Made by a program: the position numbers and the translations under genes. 64,000 bases of DNA from Armatimonadota bacterium. Its GTDB lineage: Bacteria; Armatimonadota; Fimbriimonadia; Fimbriimonadales; GBS-DC. This document shows positions 28,012 to 37,283 of this stretch, piece by piece. The stretch lies in assembly GCA_037444405.1 (NCBI GenBank), contig JBBIML010000007.1:96001-160000 (forward strand), written 5' to 3'. Position 1 is the stretch's first letter. Every line of letters starts with the position of its first letter. The notes beneath the pieces were generated by a model, which was not told the origin of the DNA, did not search any database, and was given only the letters and a program-made list of their open reading frames with translations.

Positions 28012-29364
28012 ATGGCGCATGTGACGGTTGTCGGGGGCGGGTTTGCTGGCGTGGAGGCGGCATGGGCGGCAGCGCGGCAGGGCGTGCGCGTGCGCCTCTA
28101 TGAGATGCGCCCGCAAAAGATGACCCCTGCACACAAAACGGGCTGGCTCGCCGAACTGGTCTGCTCCAATTCGTTCAAATCGATGCTGCCCACCACGCCG
28201 TCGGGTCAGCTCAAGTGGGAGATGGAGCAGCTCGGCTCGATCGTGATCCCGACGGCGCGCGAGTTCGCGGTGCCCGCGGGCGAGGCGTTAGCCGTCGAGC
28301 GCGAGCCATTCGCGCAAGCCATCACCGCCCGCCTGGAGAGCCACCCGCTGATCGAGATTATCCGTGAGGAAGTGACCACCATCCCTCACGACCGCCCGTT
28401 GATCATCGCGACGGGACCGCTCACCTCCGAGCCGTTGGCAGATGCGATTGCCCGCCTCACCGGACGCAAACATCTCTACTTCTACGATGCGGTCGCACCG
28501 ATTGTGGACGCCAGCACGATAGACTATGAGCGGGTGTTTTTCGGCAGTCGGCGCGAGAAGGGCGACCCTGCCTATATCAACTGCCCCTTCACCCGTGAAG
28601 AGTACGAACGATTCTGGGAAGCGCTGGTGTCGGCGGAGCGCGCGCCGTTGCACGATTTTGAGCAACCGCGCTTCTTTGAGGGCTGCGTGCCGATTGAGGA
28701 GCTGGCGGAGCGCGGCAAAGACACGCTGCGCTTCGGTCCGCTGAAACCCGTCGGGCTGATCGACCCACGCACGGGCAAACGCCCCTACGCCGTGCTGCAA
28801 CTGCGCCCGGAGAACAACGAGCGCACGCTCTACAGCCTCGTGGCGTGCCAGACGCGCCTGAAGTGGGGCGAGCAGAAGCGCGTGTTCCGACTGGTGCCCG
28901 GTCTGGAGAACGCCGAGTTCGTCCGCTACGGCGTGGTGCATCGCAACACCTATCTCGATTCGCCGCGCCTGCTGATGCCCACCCTGCAGTTTCGCGAGGA
29001 CACCCGCCTCTTCTTCGCGGGTCAGCTGGTGGGCGTGGAGGGCTACATTGAGTCGGCGGCGTCGGGCATCATCGCGGGGCTGAACGCGGCACGGCTGCTC
29101 AAAGGCAAGCCGCCGCTGACGCCCCCACGCGAGATGGTGATTGGCTCCCTCCTGCACTATATCGCGACCTATCCGCACCCCGATTTTCCGCCGATGAACG
29201 CGAACTGGGGGCTGTTGCCAGAGCCAGATGATGCGCCGCGCGACCGCGAGCAGCGCCGTGCCCTCAAACTCGAACGCGCCCGCGTCGCGACCGAAGTGTT
29301 TGTGCGAATCATCGGGGATTCAGCAGCACGCGCAGCCACGCCGACAGCCGAATCAGCGCGATGA
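28012..29364 (+). CDS. trmFO: Folate-dependent tRNA m5U54 methyltransferase
   Basis: 'AELVCSNSF', 'IIATGPLTS', 'FEGCVPIE', 'FGPLKPVGL', 'RYGVVHRNTY', 'GVEGYIES'. Confidence 0.96.
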   Translation: MAHVTVVGGGFAGVEAAWAAARQGVRVRLYEMRPQKMTPAHKTGWLAELVCSNSFKSMLPTTPSGQLKWEMEQLGSIVIPTAREFAVPAGEALAVEREPFAQAITARLESHPLIEIIREEVTTIPHDRPLIIATGPLTSEPLADAIARLTGRKHLYFYDAVAPIVDASTIDYERVFFGSRREKGDPAYINCPFTREEYERFWEALVSAERAPLHDFEQPRFFEGCVPIEELAERGKDTLRFGPLKPVGLIDPRTGKRPYAVLQLRPENNERTLYSLVACQTRLKWGEQKRVFRLVPGLENAEFVRYGVVHRNTYLDSPRLLMPTLQFREDTRLFFAGQLVGVEGYIESAASGIIAGLNAARLLKGKPPLTPPREMVIGSLLHYIATYPHPDFPPMNANWGLLPEPDDAPRDREQRRALKLERARVATEVFVRIIGDSAARAATPTAESAR

Positions 29365-30190
29365 TCAGCGCGTACAGGGGCAGCGGCAGTCGCCGGCGAT
29401 AGTGCTTCGCGTAGAACCGTTCCAGCGCGCGGTGCGACTCTAAAATCGCCGCGCGACGCACCTGGCGCGTGCTGGCGCCCCCATGATGCAGAATCACCAC
29501 CTCGGGCACGAACCAGATCTGCCAGCCCGCCTGCCAGATTCGATAGCACCAGTCCACATCGTTGAAAAAGAGCGGGAACGACTCGTCCATCAGCCCCACC
29601 TGCTCAATTACTGCACGCCGCACCATCAGAAAAGTGCCCATCGGCTGATCGACGGGGCTTGCGCGGTCGTAGTGGAACCAGCGCATGCGATAGGCGGCGA
29701 GCAGGCGCGAGCGGGGAAAGAGTCGCGCCAGCCCCAGCACTTCAAACAACAGGTTGCGCGGGGTCGGGAAGCCACGCACGGATGGCTGAACCTGCCCGTC
29801 GGGCAGGAGCTGTTTCGCCCCGATCGCGCCCACCTCGGGATGCGCGCGCAGGAAGCGCAACGCAGTCGGCAAAGTGCCCGCCTGAACCTCCGTGTCGGGG
29901 TTCAGAAGCAGAATGAACTCGCCCTGCGCCCGCCTCATTGCCTGATTGTTGCCCGCCGCATAGCCCCGATTCTCGGCATTCGCGATCAGCACCACCTGCG
30001 GGAACTCCGCCTGAACCATCGCCGCACTGCCATCGCTGGACGCATTATCCACCACAATCACCTCGAACGGCTCATCGGGGGGATGCTGATAAATGGAGCG
30101 CAGGCAGGCACGCAGCAGCTCGCGCGTGTTCCAGTTCACGATGCAGATGCTGAGCGCAACGGGCAGGCGACCCCGACTCTCTGCTGGCAT
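29309..30190 (-). CDS. GT2 glycosyltransferase (WbbL-like); start uncertain (30190 or 30202)
   Basis: 'IVNWNT', 'VVDNASSDG', 'LLLNPD', 'DESFPLFFNDVDWCYR', 'HHGGAS'. Confidence 0.9.
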   Translation of the reverse strand: MPAESRGRLPVALSICIVNWNTRELLRACLRSIYQHPPDEPFEVIVVDNASSDGSAAMVQAEFPQVVLIANAENRGYAAGNNQAMRRAQGEFILLLNPDTEVQAGTLPTALRFLRAHPEVGAIGAKQLLPDGQVQPSVRGFPTPRNLLFEVLGLARLFPRSRLLAAYRMRWFHYDRASPVDQPMGTFLMVRRAVIEQVGLMDESFPLFFNDVDWCYRIWQAGWQIWFVPEVVILHHGGASTRQVRRAAILESHRALERFYAKHYRRRLPLPLYALIIALIRLSAWLRVLLNPR

Positions 30191-30377
30191 TAATAGCAGC
30201 ATACCTTCGATGCGTGAAGCGGGTGTACTTGCGTCGATGGGATGAAGCCGATTCGCCTCTCCGTCCACGCAAGCGAAGTGTCGGAAGAACTTCGCCTATA
30301 ATGCAGAGTGGAACGGCAAGTTCTATAACACAAAGCAGGTGCGCCCAATCTTTGTGGAAGAAGCGAACGAGAGTAGC

Positions 30378-31274
30378 TCATAAGGAAGCCTGCTCGCTGC
30401 CGCCAACGGGCTGACCGCCAGCCTCGATAATCTGGCGGTTGCCCGGCAGTTGCTCCAGTCGATGCGCCAGCACCGACACCGTGCGCTGATGCGCTATGAG
30501 TTCACAGCACAGTTGCACGATGTAGCCGTCGGGGCGGGCTTCGATCACGAACACGCTCTCACTCAGATAGGCGATCAGCGCGTCGCGATAGCGACTGTTC
30601 GAGGCGACCCAGCCGTCGCGCGGGCGGAACGGACTGATCGCCAGCGCATGGGCGGGGTCGAACTCAGTGCGCCAGATTCGCGCCTGACGCAACGGCTCCC
30701 GACGCAGGTCATCGCCGAACGCGCTCAATAGTCCCCGATCCAGCACCAGCCCATAGGGATGATCCGCCCGTAGCGCACAGAGCAACGCCCGCTGATAGGC
30801 AGGCTGGTTGAGGCTTGTGAGGGGCACCCAGCCGTTTTGCAGAAACGCCTGCGCCACCTGCTCCAGCTCGGTCAGCCCCTCCGCTGAAACGGTGTGCGAC
30901 GCCAGCAGGGCGACCGTCGGCTCGCTCAACAGCGCGTAGTTGCCATAAAGGAACAGGATAGCGGGCGGATCGGGCATGCTTTCGAGCTGGCGCGGATATG
31001 CCGCATCCTGAAAGCTGAACCAGCGCACGCCACAGCGCGTGAGGGACGCCTCCAGCCGTTCGGTTTCCTGAACCAGCGCGGCGCGGTTCTCCTGCAGAGC
31101 GCGAATGGCGCGTGAGGGCAGGCGATAGTCGTGCTGAAGAGTCTCCGCTGGCGCCCGCAGAATCTCTTCGGGCGTCACCCGCCACACCGACTGCCGCTCC
31201 AGCAGATAGCGCAAAGTCTGCCGCCCCACATCGGGCAACAAACTCAAAAAGAGCAGCCATTGACGCTCTGACAT
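30378..31274 (-). CDS. Divergent DprA/Smf-like protein
   Basis: 'YPRQLESMPDPPAILFLYGN', 'RDALIAYLSESVFVIEA', 'GNRQIIEAG'; the canonical GSR and SGxAxGID motifs are replaced. Confidence 0.7.
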   Translation of the reverse strand: MSERQWLLFLSLLPDVGRQTLRYLLERQSVWRVTPEEILRAPAETLQHDYRLPSRAIRALQENRAALVQETERLEASLTRCGVRWFSFQDAAYPRQLESMPDPPAILFLYGNYALLSEPTVALLASHTVSAEGLTELEQVAQAFLQNGWVPLTSLNQPAYQRALLCALRADHPYGLVLDRGLLSAFGDDLRREPLRQARIWRTEFDPAHALAISPFRPRDGWVASNSRYRDALIAYLSESVFVIEARPDGYIVQLCCELIAHQRTVSVLAHRLEQLPGNRQIIEAGGQPVGGSEQASL

Positions 31275-31289
31275 CTATTGATCAGCACC

Positions 31290-31646
31290 TCACAAAGGGA
31301 GCCATATCACTCTGTTTTCGAGTTCTTCGGGAAAGCCGGCTACAAGTAGTAGCTCCAGATCAGAAATTGCGCGTCCAATCGGCAAATCCTGCGGCACGAC
31401 GACCACACCTGGTACAAATAGCCCCTGCTGTAGACGCTCAAATACCAGAGGGGGTATGGAAACCTTATCGTGGGTCAGGAGGATTCGCCCCTCAGTGGCA
31501 GCACGCTCCAAGATGCCTTCATCAGGTTCCTCTGCCAGACCCAGTTCCTGCGCCGTGACAACATCTAAGTTTCTAAGCCGACGGAGCAGTCCCTGCACGA
31601 TGAGTCGATTGAAGTTTGTGTCCACCATGACCTTGATAGTTCTCAT
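31290..31646 (-). CDS. DUF5615 PIN-like toxin
   Basis: 'VMVDTN', 'GLAEEPDEGILERAATEGRILLTHD', 'PGVVVV'; overlaps the upstream DUF433 gene. Confidence 0.88.
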   Translation of the reverse strand: MRTIKVMVDTNFNRLIVQGLLRRLRNLDVVTAQELGLAEEPDEGILERAATEGRILLTHDKVSIPPLVFERLQQGLFVPGVVVVPQDLPIGRAISDLELLLVAGFPEELENRVIWLPL

Positions 31647-32020
31647 TCCTTCGCTTTGTCTGACTGTTGCTGGGTTTGGAGCCGTCGATAGCGTTTGAGC
31701 AGTCGCTGGCGCAGGTTGCGGGCAGGATGGAGCATCGCCCACTGCCTTCGGTTCTCTTCTCCCACTCGCTCCATCACCTCCAGATAAGCGTCCAGCACTT
31801 CGCGATTATGCAAATAGCATGTTACAATTGTGTACACATCTTCCAGCTGAAGTGTGGGATATTGCATGGCAATCTCTTCGGGCGTGTATCCCTGCTGGAA
31901 GGCTATCAACACCGTCTCCAGCGGGATTCGTGTGCGCCCGACTCGAATTATGCCGCGTTCATCAACTCGGAGCGGCAGTGATGGTGTAGTTAACTGTTCC
32001 AGTACACGCCTCGCATCCAT
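31643..32020 (-). CDS. DUF433 antitoxin
   Basis: 'IRVGRTRIPLETVL..FQQGYTPEEIAMQYPTLQLEDVY'. Confidence 0.9.
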   Translation of the reverse strand: MDARRVLEQLTTPSLPLRVDERGIIRVGRTRIPLETVLIAFQQGYTPEEIAMQYPTLQLEDVYTIVTCYLHNREVLDAYLEVMERVGEENRRQWAMLHPARNLRQRLLKRYRRLQTQQQSDKAKE

Positions 32021-32046
32021 ACTTTTCAGGATACCTTAAGCCGAGC

Positions 32047-34260
32047 CTACTCCTGAATGATTTTATGATAGCGGGCAAGCCAGTAGGGGAGCAGGAAGGC
32101 GGTGCCATCGTCTTCGCTGCGTCCGAGAGGGTCGCCCCCATCGAGCCGATAGGGGTTGCCGTTCCAGCGCATCACTACCCGCTCGCTATAGGGCAGCACC
32201 TCCACCGATTGCCATTCGCCGAACCGACCCCGATTCACATCGAGTGTGATGTCCCGCCGATGGCTGTTGCGACACTCATAGTTGCGCAGGTCTAACGGCC
32301 ACTCCTGCAGGGTCTGCACGGCAGCCTCCACATCGCACGGCTTGCCCGTTACCGCGCCGTAAATGAAGTTAAACAGCGGGCTGCGTTCGGGGCGCTCAAT
32401 CTGCCAGCTGCGCTCCAGACTCATCAGCCACAGCCGCCGATAGGTCGGATCCCGCTCATACAGCAACAGCGGATAGTAGCACAGGAACGCCAGCTGGTCA
32501 TCGGAGTGATTGATTTCGTAGGGCGGCAGCATCTTCTGCGTGACGGCGTTCAACAGGTAGTGATGCTCGCGAATCAGCTGCTCATAGGCTTGCTGATATT
32601 TCGCGTTGCCCGTGATGTGATGGGCGACCTTCAGATGGGAGAGAATAGAAAGCGCGTTCAGCCCGCGCTCCTCCTCCCACAGCGGGTCGTCATTCAGCGA
32701 TTCGGGATTGAAGATTGCCCAGCGGGTGGGCTTGCCATCCTTATCGATCAGGCGCCAGTTGTTCTGCATCAGGTGGTCGGTGACGCGGCGCACCACGCCC
32801 CGAATCGCCTCCTTCTCCTTCTCGTCCGCCACCAGGTCATAATAGATGGCCCAGATGAAGTAGTGCCCGTCCAGCTCGTCGGAGCTGGTGTCGCCCTTCC
32901 AGATGTAGCTGGGGTCGACGGGCGATTCGTGCCACTCGCCCGACGATTGATGATAGCGCGTCTCGCTTTTATGGATGATGCTGCGAGCGGGGAAGCCGGG
33001 GATGCCCGTGAGCCGTTCCAGCTCCAGCAGGGCGTGCAGGGAGCGTCGGGCGCGCTCGCGTGCCTGCTGGTCGCCTGTGGCAGCGTACTGGAAGCACTGC
33101 GCGGCGCAATAGAGCGCGGTCCACAGCCCGTCGTTGTCGCTTGCTTCAATCTTCCAGCTATCGGGGTCGTTCGGGTCGTCCCAGTCGCAGCTGGTGACGA
33201 AGCCGTTGCGGTTGTGGCGTAGGGCGATCAGGTGTTCGTAATGCTCCGCCTTCTCGCGTAGGGTCATGCGCACCGATTCGATGCAGGCAAGCCCATTCGC
33301 GGTGGCAACCCAAGCGCGATTGCGCGAATCGACGGCAATCGCCTGAACGCGATTATCAGGCAGCCAGCGTTTGCCCCAGAAATAGCTCCATCTGCCGTCG
33401 CGCAGTCGGCATGCGCCTTCGGGCGTGCCGAGCCACAGGTCACCATCGGGCGCGAAAGTCAGACAGCGCGCTTCGCCATAGGGTGGACCGCCCTCCCTGC
33501 CCTCGCGGGGCAGCCACCAGCCGTCGCCATCGCCCAGCAATAGCCCCGTGCGCGTGCCAATCCACAGATGTCCCGATGCGTCGCTGATGGCGCACAGCCA
33601 GCGGTCGTCATAGTACCGCCCGCGATTGTCACGGATGCCGACAACCTGCCAGCGTCCTGTTGCTCTGTCGAGCCGATAGAGGGCGCGCTCCAGCTCGCCC
33701 TCCGCAAAGGCGAACAGGCGTCCCTGCGCATCCTCCACCAGCCAGTGGAAGCGTCGAGCAGGCGGCGATGCATAACGCGCGCGGATACCATCCAGAAAGT
33801 GCAGCAGCTCATCGGCATAGAGGAGCCAGACACCGCCCTCCCGCGCTGCATACACCCCTATCAGCGGTGACGAGGATTCATAAATGCGTTCAGGTCGGTC
33901 AGGTGATGGGAGCCGCCAGAGCGTCTGTTCGTTCGCAGCGTAGAGTATCTTGCTTACAGGGTCGACCGCGAGCCAGCGGATGGGCGCATTCAGCACCGTT
34001 TGCCAGCGGGGCGAATCGAGCGGGGCGCGCGCCAGCCCCTTCGCCGTGCCCACCCAGAGCGTGTCACCCGTAATACACAGCGCGTGAATATTCGCGTCTG
34101 GAATGCCATGCTCAACACCAAAAAAGCGGCTCCTGTCCTGCCAGTAGGGTTGCAGGGTGTAAGTGTTGCTCATCATCATGCTCACCGCCAGCATCGCCAC
34201 GCTCACCAGCATGGTTGCCCCTTTTCTGGCTACAGGCATCGTTTCCTGCTTTACCCTCAC
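32047..34260 (-). CDS. Exported protein: regulator-type beta-propeller plus putative (alpha/alpha)6 glycosidase-like domain; start uncertain
   Basis: 'LWVGTAKGL', 'LWIGTRTGL', 'LPDNRVQAI' repeats; C-terminal 'SDNDGLWT', 'WKGDTSSDELDGH', 'NHSDDQL'. Confidence 0.7.
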   Translation of the reverse strand: MRVKQETMPVARKGATMLVSVAMLAVSMMMSNTYTLQPYWQDRSRFFGVEHGIPDANIHALCITGDTLWVGTAKGLARAPLDSPRWQTVLNAPIRWLAVDPVSKILYAANEQTLWRLPSPDRPERIYESSSPLIGVYAAREGGVWLLYADELLHFLDGIRARYASPPARRFHWLVEDAQGRLFAFAEGELERALYRLDRATGRWQVVGIRDNRGRYYDDRWLCAISDASGHLWIGTRTGLLLGDGDGWWLPREGREGGPPYGEARCLTFAPDGDLWLGTPEGACRLRDGRWSYFWGKRWLPDNRVQAIAVDSRNRAWVATANGLACIESVRMTLREKAEHYEHLIALRHNRNGFVTSCDWDDPNDPDSWKIEASDNDGLWTALYCAAQCFQYAATGDQQARERARRSLHALLELERLTGIPGFPARSIIHKSETRYHQSSGEWHESPVDPSYIWKGDTSSDELDGHYFIWAIYYDLVADEKEKEAIRGVVRRVTDHLMQNNWRLIDKDGKPTRWAIFNPESLNDDPLWEEERGLNALSILSHLKVAHHITGNAKYQQAYEQLIREHHYLLNAVTQKMLPPYEINHSDDQLAFLCYYPLLLYERDPTYRRLWLMSLERSWQIERPERSPLFNFIYGAVTGKPCDVEAAVQTLQEWPLDLRNYECRNSHRRDITLDVNRGRFGEWQSVEVLPYSERVVMRWNGNPYRLDGGDPLGRSEDDGTAFLLPYWLARYHKIIQE

Positions 34261-34303
34261 CTCCAGGAAGTGGAAACGGCTCGCGGGGTATACTTGAGTT
34301 ACT

Positions 34304-35560
34304 ATGTGTGCAGGGAGAGCGTTCCGTAAAGGGTTTGTCGGGCTATTCAGCCTGTTGCTGGGGTGGGCAGGTGCGCAGACGCCCGCATTTTACGGTGCAG
34401 GCGACTTGCCCGGTGGCAACTACAGCAGCAACCTGTTCGCCATCTCCGCGAATGGACAGGTCGCCGTCGGTTCCAGCCTTTCTGCGAACGGCACAGAAGC
34501 GTGCTACTGGACGGTTACGACAGGGCTGGTGCCGCTGGGCGATTTGCCGGGTGGTACTTTTGTCAGCATCGCGTGGGGTGCATCGTATGACGGCGCGGTG
34601 ATTGTCGGTCAGGCGCGCTCGGCAAGTGGCACGGAGGCGTTCCTGTGGCGACGCGACACGGGCAGCATGATCGGGCTGGGCGATTTGCCTGGAGGTACAT
34701 TCCAGAGCTTCGCCCTTGGCGTGTCCGCCGACGGCAGTGTGGTGGTCGGCTGGAGCGCGTCAGCAAATGGCTCGGAGGCGTTCCGCTGGACACTGGACGC
34801 AGGCATGGTGCCGCTGGGCGACCTTCCCGGTGGCTCTTTCGCCAGCTATGCCCAGAATGTGTCTGCCGATGGGAATGTGATTGTCGGGCGCAGTGAATCG
34901 GCGAACGGCACGGAGGCGTTCCGCTGGACGCAAAGCACTGGCATGGAGCCGCTGGGCAGTCTGGGCGGCGCGTCATTTTTCAGCTACGCCTACGCCGCTT
35001 CCGCCGATGGCAGTGTGGTGGTCGGCTGGAGCCGCTCACTGAACGGGCTGGAGGCGTTCCGCTGGACCGCCGATGACGGCATGCAGGGGCTGGGCGATCT
35101 GGAATCGGGCGCCTTTGAGAGCCGCGCGTATGCGGTGTCAGCAGATGGACGCCTGATAGGCGGGTTCGGCACCTCCGATATTGGTAAAGAGGCGGTGCTG
35201 TGGGACCCTGTCAACGGCATGCGGCGAGTCAGGGATATCCTGCTGGCGCTGGGTCTTTCGGAGGTAGAGAACTGGCGACTGGAGGAGGTGCGTGCCATTT
35301 CTGCCGACGGCACGGTGATTGCAGGCACAGGCGAGAATCCCAGCGGCAACAGGGAAGCATGGATTGCTGTCATCCCGCGCACAGATCGCCATGCAGGGGA
35401 TATTAATCTTGACGGCTGTGTGGACGACGCCGACCTGCTGCAGGTGCTGTTCGCCTTCGGCAATACAGGCTACTTCCCGCCCGAAGATGGGAACTACGAC
35501 GCGGTGGTGGATGATGCCGACCTGCTGCAGGTGCTGTTCAATTTTGGCAGCGGGTGTTAG
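34304..35560 (+). CDS. Extracellular HAF-repeat protein with C-terminal dockerin/EF-hand-like duplicate
   Basis: Repeated 'EAFRWT..GM..LGDLPGG.F.S.A..VSADG.VVVG' units; 'GDINLDGCVDDADLLQVLFAFG...DDADLLQVLFNFGSGC'. Confidence 0.88.
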   Translation: MCAGRAFRKGFVGLFSLLLGWAGAQTPAFYGAGDLPGGNYSSNLFAISANGQVAVGSSLSANGTEACYWTVTTGLVPLGDLPGGTFVSIAWGASYDGAVIVGQARSASGTEAFLWRRDTGSMIGLGDLPGGTFQSFALGVSADGSVVVGWSASANGSEAFRWTLDAGMVPLGDLPGGSFASYAQNVSADGNVIVGRSESANGTEAFRWTQSTGMEPLGSLGGASFFSYAYAASADGSVVVGWSRSLNGLEAFRWTADDGMQGLGDLESGAFESRAYAVSADGRLIGGFGTSDIGKEAVLWDPVNGMRRVRDILLALGLSEVENWRLEEVRAISADGTVIAGTGENPSGNREAWIAVIPRTDRHAGDINLDGCVDDADLLQVLFAFGNTGYFPPEDGNYDAVVDDADLLQVLFNFGSGC

Positions 35561-35789
35561 GCTGCCCCCTGCGTAGGAGAGGGGCATGAAGCTGGGGAAA
35601 GATGTAGCGAGCCAGTGCGTCGCTTGCAATCCCCAGGTGTTGCCCAGATTTTTCCTTCCTGACTCGCGACCGCAAACCCTGCCAGAGGGTGTGCATGACC
35701 TGGGGATTCGCCGCGCTGAGATTCGCCCCTGAATGGCAGGGATACAGGATATGGTGGCGTACAGGAGCAGGGGACACAACAGAAAGGGT

Positions 35790-35874
35790 TGGTGCCCGGG
35801 GCGGGACTCGAACCCGCACGGGTTATCCCCAGAGGATTTTAAGTCCCCCGCGTCTGCCGTTCCGCCACCCGGGC
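35790..35874 (-). tRNA. tRNA-Leu (anticodon UAA), CCA encoded
   Basis: GCCCGGG-TGGCGGAACGGCAGACGC-GGGGA-CT-TAA-AA-TCCTC, long variable arm, GCGGG-TTCGAGT-CCCGC, CCCGGGC-ACCA. Confidence 0.97.
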
Positions 35875-35940
35875 AACGGTTTCCTCCCTGAATGGATGAT
35901 GGGCGCTCATAATCGCGGATGCAGGTTCCGCGCAGCTAAA

Positions 35941-36090
35941 AGGATACCCTATCGCTTTGTCGAATAGCCCACGCAGGCGGCTCATCTGTATCAATCGCCG
36001 CAGTTGCATGCGGATTAAGCAGGAATCGGCGATCCGCTGTCGAAGATCGTTCAACAGGAAGGCAATTAAGCAGGAATCGGCGTGTCGATA
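35941..36090 (+). promoter_or_regulatory. Tandem sigmaH-like promoters and an 18-bp direct repeat
   Basis: AGGA-N17-GAAT (35941/35962) and AGGA-N17-GAAG (36021/36042), both with TGTCGAA; ATTAAGCAGGAATCGGCG at 36014 and 36065. Confidence 0.55.
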
Positions 36091-36220
36091 CAAGTATTCT
36101 ATAGCCGAAGCAGGGCACTGATACAAAGTGAGCAGCTGGAAGGGTGGCGGCTGTTGCCTCGACGCTTTTCCCTGAGCGATGTCTGTGCAGCGCGTATGCG
36201 CGTGTTAGCGGAGGTAGGCG

Positions 36221-36913
36221 ATGGTGGAGCGTCGCTGGAGTGCAGCTCAGATCGAGGCGACCCTGCGCGAGCTGAAAGGCGTGTGCGGAGCGCGTGTGGT
36301 GGCGGATGAAAAGGGTCTCATTCAGGAAATCCACCTGCTGGTGGAGGGGGATCGGAACCCGAAGCAGGTGGTGCGCGATGTCGAATCCGCCCTGATGGCG
36401 CACTTCGGCGTGCATATCGACCATCGCAAGGTGAGCGTGGCACAGAAAGGCGCAGGGCGTGGGTATACTCCCGCGCGATTGCGCTGGCTCGATTTGCAGA
36501 TTGTTCAGGAAGGCACGCGAGCGACCGCGACGGTGTTCGTGGAGCGGGGCGGTCAGGTCTATCGGGGTACGGCGTCCGGCGTGCGCGCCAGCACGCAACT
36601 CCCACGACTGGTCGCCACCGCCACCCTGCGCGCTGTTGAGTCGGCACACGGGCTACATGAGCGGTTCGGACTGGAAGATGTGTCGACCAACACGGTGCTG
36701 GCAGGGTATCCTGTGGCAGTGGTGCTGGTGAGCGCGGTGCGTGAGAACGGCGAGGACCTGCTGGTGGGCAGTGCGCTGGTGCGTCAGGATGTGTATCGAG
36801 CGATTGGGCTGGCAACTTTAGATGCGGTTAATCGGCGGGTGGTTGCTTTCCCCAGCGATTTTGAGCCGACGCCAGAGGCGGCGGTGCTGATGCAGGGACA
36901 AGTAACGGATTAG
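36221..36913 (+). CDS. Conserved hypothetical cytoplasmic protein
   Basis: RBS GGAGGT; 'IQEIHLL...RNPKQVVRDVESAL..FG..IDHRKVSVAQ', 'LLVGSALV', 'ATLDAVNRR'. Confidence 0.85.
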   Translation: MVERRWSAAQIEATLRELKGVCGARVVADEKGLIQEIHLLVEGDRNPKQVVRDVESALMAHFGVHIDHRKVSVAQKGAGRGYTPARLRWLDLQIVQEGTRATATVFVERGGQVYRGTASGVRASTQLPRLVATATLRAVESAHGLHERFGLEDVSTNTVLAGYPVAVVLVSAVRENGEDLLVGSALVRQDVYRAIGLATLDAVNRRVVAFPSDFEPTPEAAVLMQGQVTD

Positions 36914-36936
36914 GGGCGCGGTCACCGCGCCCGTAC
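36911..36936. repeat. GTAG-type REP-like palindrome supplying the stop codon
   Basis: TAGGGGCGCGG-tca-CCGCGCCCGTAC; its TAG is the stop of 36221-36913. Confidence 0.75.
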
Positions 36937-37041
36937 CCACTTGGGGCGCATATCCCGCAGATGCGCCCTATCGGGCAGGGCGAGCGCAGAAGCGGAGCGG
37001 AACCGAGCGACGCATATTCTCGACACAGGAGGGAGCAGCTG

Positions 37042-37179
37042 ATGCGACGGTGGCTCGTTCTGATGGCTGCGCTCGTTGCGCTGATGGCGGTCGCCAGCGC
37101 GAAGAAGGTGTACTACCCGCACCGCTGGGATGACCCGCTGGAGGCGCAACCCAACACGGTGGTGTTGCCCACACCATAA
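37042..37179 (+). CDS. 45-aa secreted peptide precursor
   Basis: RBS AGGAGGGAG; MRRWLVLMAALVALMAVASA-KKVYYPHRWDDPLEAQPNTVVLPTP, with a basic n-region, hydrophobic h-region and A-S-A site. Confidence 0.75.
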   Translation: MRRWLVLMAALVALMAVASAKKVYYPHRWDDPLEAQPNTVVLPTP

Positions 37180-37283
37180 GGGGCACACTTGAAAGGATAG
37201 CGCGAAGCGCTTGCCCTGCCTGAAAGTGAACCCTCGTTCCCGGCGGCACTGGCTGCCGCCTATAGCCGCATCGGAAACGAACA

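Noticed and set aside
34380..35360. Internal DNA repeats
   Set aside because: Explained by HAF protein repeats
31290..35790. Integrated element at the tRNA-Leu 3' end (TA pair, hydrolase, HAF gene)
   Set aside because: No integrase and no duplicated tRNA 3' end found by eye
36014..36082. 18-bp repeats separated by 33 nt as a mini-CRISPR
   Set aside because: Only two short copies, overlapping promoter-like boxes; no cas genes
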